Source: Thermoanaerobaculia bacterium
GTDB lineage: Bacteria > Acidobacteriota > Thermoanaerobaculia > Gp7-AA8
Direction: 5' to 3'
NCBI GenBank assembly: GCA_036375135.1
Contig: DASUSL010000021.1
Span: forward strand, 1-63,522
Length of the DNA: 63,522 nt
Shown: positions 58,849-63,522 of the stretch, in pieces
Layout of the letters: the number at the start of each line of letters is the position of its first letter
Position numbering within the stretch: the first letter of the stretch is position 1
The notes under the pieces: generated by a model
The model's input: only the letters and a program-made list of their open reading frames with translations
The model's database searches: none
What the model was told of the DNA's origin: nothing
Translations under genes and position numbers: made by a program

Positions 58849-59733
58849 ATGACAGGCAGAGATAGGGAAGCCCTGCAGCACTGCGAAACCGGTTTGCAGC
58901 ACATGTGGAAGGGCGAGGTGGGAGCGGCTCTGCTGTCTTACGACCGCGCCGCCACGTTCGCGGAGTCCGAAGAGACCCGCGAGCTGATCACCATCCGCAA
59001 AGGCGAGGCGCTCATCGCCGCTGACCGCGAGGGGCCGGAAGTCTCGGCGCTCCCGGGCATCGTGATGCGCCGCCGCAATCACCGGCACGTCTACATGGCC
59101 GCGTCGGTGCTCATGCGCCGCTACGTCGAGCTGGACGACCGCAAGCGCGCCATCTTCTACGGCGAGATCGCCCGCACGGCGGCCGCGTCGCTGAACGATT
59201 TCTTCGCGCGCGCCACGGTCCTCAACTACCTCGGCATCACGCTCGTGGCGGAGTCGCAGTTCGACCAGGCGATCGAGGCGTTCGAGGAAGCGCTGGTCGC
59301 TCTCGACTCCATCGAGAAGGCCAACCAGTTCGTGCACTCGTTCGGCTCCGGCATCACGGCCAACCTCGGCGGGACGAAGATCCTGGCCGGCGAGCTCGAT
59401 GAAGGGGTGCATCTCATCGAGACCGTCCTCGACGAGCTGGATGACGCGACCGAGCGTGCCGAGGCCTGCCTCGACCTCTGCCTCGGCTACGTCGAGCTCG
59501 AGGACTACGACACCGCCGAAGACCTGGCGCGCGAGGGGCTGTCGCTGGCCTCGACCCGCCGCCAGATCCGCAACGCCAATCACCTGCTCGGTGAGATCTG
59601 CGTCCGCACGGGACGCTACGAGGAGGCCGGCGTCTACTTCGACGTCGTGGCCGGCTTCTATCCCGGATTCAACAACGTCAAACAACTCCTGACCGAGGTC
59701 AACCTCTGCTCGGTCGTCAACTGGAAAGCCTAG
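58849..59733 (+). CDS. TPR-like helical-repeat protein, unknown function (module copy 2, gene A)
   Basis: 294 aa, colinear with 56917-57801, with identical C-terminal VVNWKA. Confidence 0.75.
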   Translation: MTGRDREALQHCETGLQHMWKGEVGAALLSYDRAATFAESEETRELITIRKGEALIAADREGPEVSALPGIVMRRRNHRHVYMAASVLMRRYVELDDRKRAIFYGEIARTAAASLNDFFARATVLNYLGITLVAESQFDQAIEAFEEALVALDSIEKANQFVHSFGSGITANLGGTKILAGELDEGVHLIETVLDELDDATERAEACLDLCLGYVELEDYDTAEDLAREGLSLASTRRQIRNANHLLGEICVRTGRYEEAGVYFDVVAGFYPGFNNVKQLLTEVNLCSVVNWKA

Positions 59734-59736
59734 ATC

Positions 59737-60735
59737 ATGAAGCACCATCGTTTCGCATCGTTGATGATTGCCGCCGCGCTGGCGCTCCCCGCGCTCGGGG
59801 CGACTTCGCTGCTGACCCAGAACGGCGTCCGCTACGCGATCGAGCCGAATCCCGAAACGCCGCAGGTGGAGATCGCCCGCGCCGAGGGACCGCAGCGCGC
59901 GCGCCTGGTCGTGCCGTCCACGCAGGACGTGGCCAGCGAGTTCGACGCGCAGATCGCCTGGGACACCACCACCAACTCGCTCTTCGTCGTCTGGTCGCGT
60001 GAAGGCGCCGCCGGCTCGGAGATCCGCTACGCCCGCGTGAACGAAGAGGGCGTCTGGTCGTCGCCGCGACTGATCACGGCCGGCAGCGGCGCGTATCGCG
60101 GCCTGCAGTTCGTGCTCACCCATCCCGCCGGCGACGAGGACGTCACGCTGCTGCACGCCGCGTGGTGGAGCCTCAACGGCGCGTCGACGCAGGCCGAGTA
60201 CGCGCTGTTCGCGTTCGAGAACGGCCGCTTCCTCTCCGGCAACGTGCAGGACCTCGAGTCGCTGGCCGCCGTGCAGTACGACGTCGAGGCCTCCGAGTAC
60301 GAGGACACCGGCAACCCGCTCCATCCCGCGCTCGCGCTCGAGCGCAACGGCGACAGCGTCGACGTGATCTTCGGCTCGACCACCTCGACCGCGGTCACGC
60401 GCTTCAACGTCAGCACCCGCAAGGTCGCTCCGAACGTCCGCATCTGGAAGCCGGTCGGACGCACCGGCGGCCGCACGCAGCGCGCGCAGCTGACCTCGCA
60501 GGATCCGGCCGCGCCGGTCTACGGCCTGATCCGGAAGGGGAACATCGCCCTCTACACCATCGGCGAAGACTTCCGCTTCGTCGTCCTCCGCGGCGACGGC
60601 ACCTGGTCCCCGGTCCGCGAAGTGCGCATCGACGACGACAACACCGCCGACGACCTCCTCCGCGAGCTGCAGCGCACCGTGGAAGAGCTGGAAGGACAGG
60701 ACCCGCAGAGCGACGACACGCTGGCCTCGCGGTAA
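59737..60735 (+). CDS. secreted protein of unknown function (module copy 2, gene B)
   Basis: Signal peptide MKHHRFASLMIAAALALPALGA. Starts 3 nt after the gene A stop. Shares the LHAAWW, VAPNxRIW and FRxVVL blocks with 57798-58778. Confidence 0.75.
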   Translation: MKHHRFASLMIAAALALPALGATSLLTQNGVRYAIEPNPETPQVEIARAEGPQRARLVVPSTQDVASEFDAQIAWDTTTNSLFVVWSREGAAGSEIRYARVNEEGVWSSPRLITAGSGAYRGLQFVLTHPAGDEDVTLLHAAWWSLNGASTQAEYALFAFENGRFLSGNVQDLESLAAVQYDVEASEYEDTGNPLHPALALERNGDSVDVIFGSTTSTAVTRFNVSTRKVAPNVRIWKPVGRTGGRTQRAQLTSQDPAAPVYGLIRKGNIALYTIGEDFRFVVLRGDGTWSPVREVRIDDDNTADDLLRELQRTVEELEGQDPQSDDTLASR

Positions 60736-60760
60736 CTTCCTCAACGCGACACGCAATGTG

Positions 60761-60786
60761 GGGCGGGCTTCCAGCCCGCCCTTTTT
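60761..60786. terminator. intrinsic terminator (family D hairpin) after module copy 2, shared with convergent purA
   Basis: GGGCGGGCT-TCC-AGCCCGCCC followed by TTTTT. Confidence 0.8.
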
Positions 60787-60790
60787 GCGT

Positions 60791-62071
60791 CTAGCGGATG
60801 ATCGTCTCTTCCCGCCGCGGCCCCGTGGAGATGATCGACGCGCGCGTCTCCGTCTCGTCCTCGAGGAACCGCACGTAATCGCGCGCTTCCTGCGGCAGGT
60901 CGTCGAACGACGTGATGCCGGCGGTGGACGTCTTCCATCCCTTGAACGTGCGGTATTCGGGCTGGTAGTCGTTGTGGGCGACGGCGAAGGCGGGGAAGGT
61001 CTTCCACGTCTCGCCGCGCACTTTGTACGACGTGCAGACCGGAATCTCGTCGAACTCGTCGAGGACGTCGAGCTTCGTCAGCGCGATCTCGTCGAGACCG
61101 TTCAGAATCGCGGCCGTGCGCAGCACCGGCAGGTCGAGCCAGCCGCAGCGCCGCGGGCGTCCGGTCACGGTGCCGAACTCGTTGCCGCGCTTGCGCAGAT
61201 GCTCGCCGTGCGCGTCCTCGAGCTCCGTCGGGAAGGCGCCACCGCCGACGCGGGTCGTGTACGCCTTCCCCACGCCGATCACTTTGTGGATGTGCTTCGG
61301 CGCGACCCCCAGGCCGCTGCAGATGCCGCCCACGATCGTGCTGGACGAGGTGACGAACGGATACGTCCCGTGGTCGATGTCGAGCATCGTGCCCTGCGCG
61401 CCCTCGAACATCACCTTCTTGCCGGCGCGGATCTGCTCGTTCATCCACACCGTCCCGTTCACGATGCGCGGCGCGAGGATCTCGCCGTAGCGGAGGTAGT
61501 CGTCGAAGAGCTTCGCCGGATCGTACGTCTCGCGTTTGTAGACGCCCGACAGCACGGCGTTGCGCTCGGCGCAGGTGAACTCGATCTTCTGCTTCAGCAC
61601 CTCGGGGTCGACGAGGTCGGCGATGCGGATGCCGTAGCGTCCGACCTTCGACTCGTACGCCGGGCCGATACCGCGTCCGGTGGTGCCGATCTTCGCCACA
61701 CCCGCCGCTTCCTCGCGGGCCAGGTCGAGCGCCTTGTGGTACGGCAGGATCACGTGCGCGCCGTCGCTGATGAGGAGGTTCTCGTCGAGCTTCAGCCCCG
61801 CGTTGCGCAGGTTCTCGATCTCGTCGAGCAGCGCCTGCGGGTCGATGACCATCCCGTTGCCGAGGAGGCAGAGCTTGTCCGGATGGATGATGCCGGAGGG
61901 GATGAGGCGCAGCGCGAAATGCTTGTCCTCGAATTTGACGGTATGGCCGGCGTTATGGCCGCCTTGATACCGCGCCACGACGTCGAATGCCTCGCACAGC
62001 AGGTCGACGATTTTTCCTTTGCCCTCGTCGCCCCACTGGGCGCCGATCACGGCCGCGTTCCGCTCTCTCAT
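60791..62071 (-). CDS. purA: adenylosuccinate synthetase
   Basis: GAQWGDEGKGKIVD P-loop, GTTGRGIGPAY, and full-length colinearity with PurA. Confidence 0.95.
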   Translation of the reverse strand: MRERNAAVIGAQWGDEGKGKIVDLLCEAFDVVARYQGGHNAGHTVKFEDKHFALRLIPSGIIHPDKLCLLGNGMVIDPQALLDEIENLRNAGLKLDENLLISDGAHVILPYHKALDLAREEAAGVAKIGTTGRGIGPAYESKVGRYGIRIADLVDPEVLKQKIEFTCAERNAVLSGVYKRETYDPAKLFDDYLRYGEILAPRIVNGTVWMNEQIRAGKKVMFEGAQGTMLDIDHGTYPFVTSSSTIVGGICSGLGVAPKHIHKVIGVGKAYTTRVGGGAFPTELEDAHGEHLRKRGNEFGTVTGRPRRCGWLDLPVLRTAAILNGLDEIALTKLDVLDEFDEIPVCTSYKVRGETWKTFPAFAVAHNDYQPEYRTFKGWKTSTAGITSFDDLPQEARDYVRFLEDETETRASIISTGPRREETIIR

Positions 62072-62099
62072 TCAGCGCGCGGAGCCTAGCACAGAGTCA

Positions 62100-62176
62100 G
62101 TGGAGGACAGGCAATCCTGCCTGTCGCCTTTTCGTGCTGCGAGGCACCGGGACAGGCAGGATTGCCTGTCCTCCAC
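62100..62176. repeat. family A palindromic repeat, double-hairpin copy
   Basis: GTGGAGGACAGGCAATCCTGCCTGTC-24nt-GGACAGGCAGGATTGCCTGTCCTCCAC, between the purA start and the lipoprotein stop. Confidence 0.9.
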
Positions 62177-62180
62177 CACG

Positions 62181-62759
62181 TCATCGCGCAGGCGCGAGGC
62201 TGGCGATGAACGGTCCCAGCACGTCGGTGGGCATGGCCGAGACGTGCTCCAGGCTGTAGAGGCGGTCGCTGGCCACGAGGTAGCCGGTCACGCGCGCCGC
62301 GTTGTTCCCTCGCACCGCGCGGAAGAAGTAGAAGTAGCCGCTGCCGAGCTTCGAGCGCCGCCGGCTGACCAGCACGTCCTGCACCGCCATCCCGCGGAGC
62401 TCGTACGCGCCGCGCATGCCGTTCACGTAGTCGTACGTGCGGTTCTCCGTCGCGGGACTGTGATTGCGTCCCTGGATGAGCAGGCGCACGGTGTCGCTGC
62501 CGTTCCTGGCCACGAAGAGGTACTGGTCGTCGTCGTCTTTCTCGTTGCGCCAGGTGAAGCCGGCCGGCGCGTCGATGCGGAAGTTCAGCGCCTCGCTCTC
62601 GAGATGGCTGCCCGAGATCTTCCACGTCACCTTCGTGCTGCGCGGCGGCTGCTGCCGCTTCCCGATGGCGGCCGACTTCTCCACGACCGGCGACTCATCC
62701 TTGCCGCCGCACGCGGCCAGCAGCAGACAGACGGAAAGCAGCGCGAATCGCCCTCTCAT
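62181..62759 (-). CDS. hypothetical lipoprotein
   Basis: Lipobox LLSVCLLLAAC. The remainder is unassigned. Confidence 0.55.
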   Translation of the reverse strand: MRGRFALLSVCLLLAACGGKDESPVVEKSAAIGKRQQPPRSTKVTWKISGSHLESEALNFRIDAPAGFTWRNEKDDDDQYLFVARNGSDTVRLLIQGRNHSPATENRTYDYVNGMRGAYELRGMAVQDVLVSRRRSKLGSGYFYFFRAVRGNNAARVTGYLVASDRLYSLEHVSAMPTDVLGPFIASLAPAR

Positions 62760-62801
62760 GAGACGAAAGCGTACGCGGCCTCAGCGGCGGTGTCACGGGA
62801 A

Positions 62802-62830
62802 TTGCTCGCCTCGGATGGCAGCGCTATAGT
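62802..62830 (+). promoter_or_regulatory. candidate promoter of the cupin gene
   Basis: TTGCTC, 17-nt spacer, TATAGT (62825-62830), then GGAGG (62838-62842) and the ATG at 62848. Confidence 0.3.
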
Positions 62831-62847
62831 CGCGCGCGGAGGCCCGC

Positions 62848-63480
62848 ATGGATACCCAGAACATCATCGCCGTTCCTGACCAGATCTACTCGCCGACCGC
62901 GGTGGCCGCCGAGCAGTTCGTCGACGGCATCCGCCGGCTTTCCGAGGGGATCATCACCAAGCAGAAGATCTACGACTACCTGGTGGCTTACGAGATCCGC
63001 GCCGATGAGTTGGAGCGTTACAAGAGCTGGCTGCCGGAGCGCCACACCCGCAACAAGATCTTCCGCAACGACATGATCGAGGTGATGCTGATCTGCTGGC
63101 CCACCGGCACCGTCACGCCGCTGCACACGCACAACGGGCAGCTCGGCTGGATGACCATGATCCAGGGGAAGCTCCTCGTCGAGAACTACCTCAAGCTCGA
63201 CTGCAACCGTCCCGAGAACCAGCAGGTGGTGGGGATGGACTGCCTGGCCGGCGCGACGAAGATCGACATGCAGCACCTGCACAACGAGCTGGCCATCCCC
63301 GGCGGCCCGTTGAACACGGTCGACAAGACGCAGACCATTCACCGCATCCGCAACCTCGCCGAGTGGAACGAGCCCGCGGTCAGCATGCACGTCTACTCGC
63401 GCCCCATCGACTCGTGCGTCGTCTTCGACATGGAGGCGCAGCGATGTTATCGGCGGGACTTGAAATACGATAACGAGTAG
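62848..63480 (+). CDS. cupin-fold protein, cysteine-dioxygenase-type-I-like
   Basis: TVTPLHTHNGQLGWMTMIQGKLLVENY resembles the CDO metal-binding cupin motif. GGAGG lies 5 nt upstream of the ATG. Confidence 0.5.
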   Translation: MDTQNIIAVPDQIYSPTAVAAEQFVDGIRRLSEGIITKQKIYDYLVAYEIRADELERYKSWLPERHTRNKIFRNDMIEVMLICWPTGTVTPLHTHNGQLGWMTMIQGKLLVENYLKLDCNRPENQQVVGMDCLAGATKIDMQHLHNELAIPGGPLNTVDKTQTIHRIRNLAEWNEPAVSMHVYSRPIDSCVVFDMEAQRCYRRDLKYDNE

Positions 63481-63522
63481 ATGACGACACTCCTCTCCAC
63501 TCTCTCCTCCGAGCTCGATCAG

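Noticed and set aside
58696-60756. 686-aa minus-strand ORF covering module copy 2
   Set aside because: The plus-strand genes have paralogs, signal peptides and coupled starts. The minus-strand ORF is low-complexity (R/A/G/E/V) and spans an intergenic gap.
63481-63522. ATG at 63481, immediately after the cupin gene stop, opening an ORF (MTTLLSTLSSELDQ...) that runs off the window
   Set aside because: Only 14 codons are visible, which is too little to support a gene call or function.

Overview
63.5-kb, clearly high-G+C bacterial chromosomal segment. Gene content and repeat families look Acidobacteriota-like, but that is a low-confidence inference. I support 53 protein-coding genes and 2 tRNAs (Lys-CTT, Leu-TAG). 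I found no rRNA, CRISPR array, transposase, integrase or prophage genes. Housekeeping backbone: tRNA-tRNA-tig-clpP-clpX, lon, engB, rho, purA, a PBP1A, mlaE-mlaF-mlaD, ugd plus a UDP-glucuronate decarboxylase, pgsA and a DedA protein. There are many exported peptidases: M28, two M1, S46 and DUF885. Accessory or unusual content, in window order: (1) an aryl-polyene-like type II FAS/PKS lipid cluster at 1-6063; (2) an operon of racemase, ACAD-fold flavoprotein, signal-less PhnD-like binding protein and diiron protein at 22463-26364; (3) a Sec-dependent 1453-aa RHS/YD-repeat protein with an unrecognised Cys-rich, glycine-zipper C-terminal domain and no visible immunity gene, followed by a LytS/LytTR two-component pair (29778-36068); (4) a RES-toxin/Xre-DUF2384-antitoxin pair at 47789-49034; (5) my top candidate for an undescribed system, a tandemly duplicated two-gene module of a 294-aa TPR-like cytoplasmic protein plus a translationally coupled secreted protein (56917-60735), neither of which I can place in a characterised family. 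The window also carries at least four families of dispersed palindromic, REP/MITE-like repeats. Several copies lie inside coding sequence and keep the reading frame open. Most long ORFs in the six-frame track are high-GC shadow ORFs antisense to recognisable genes and were rejected.
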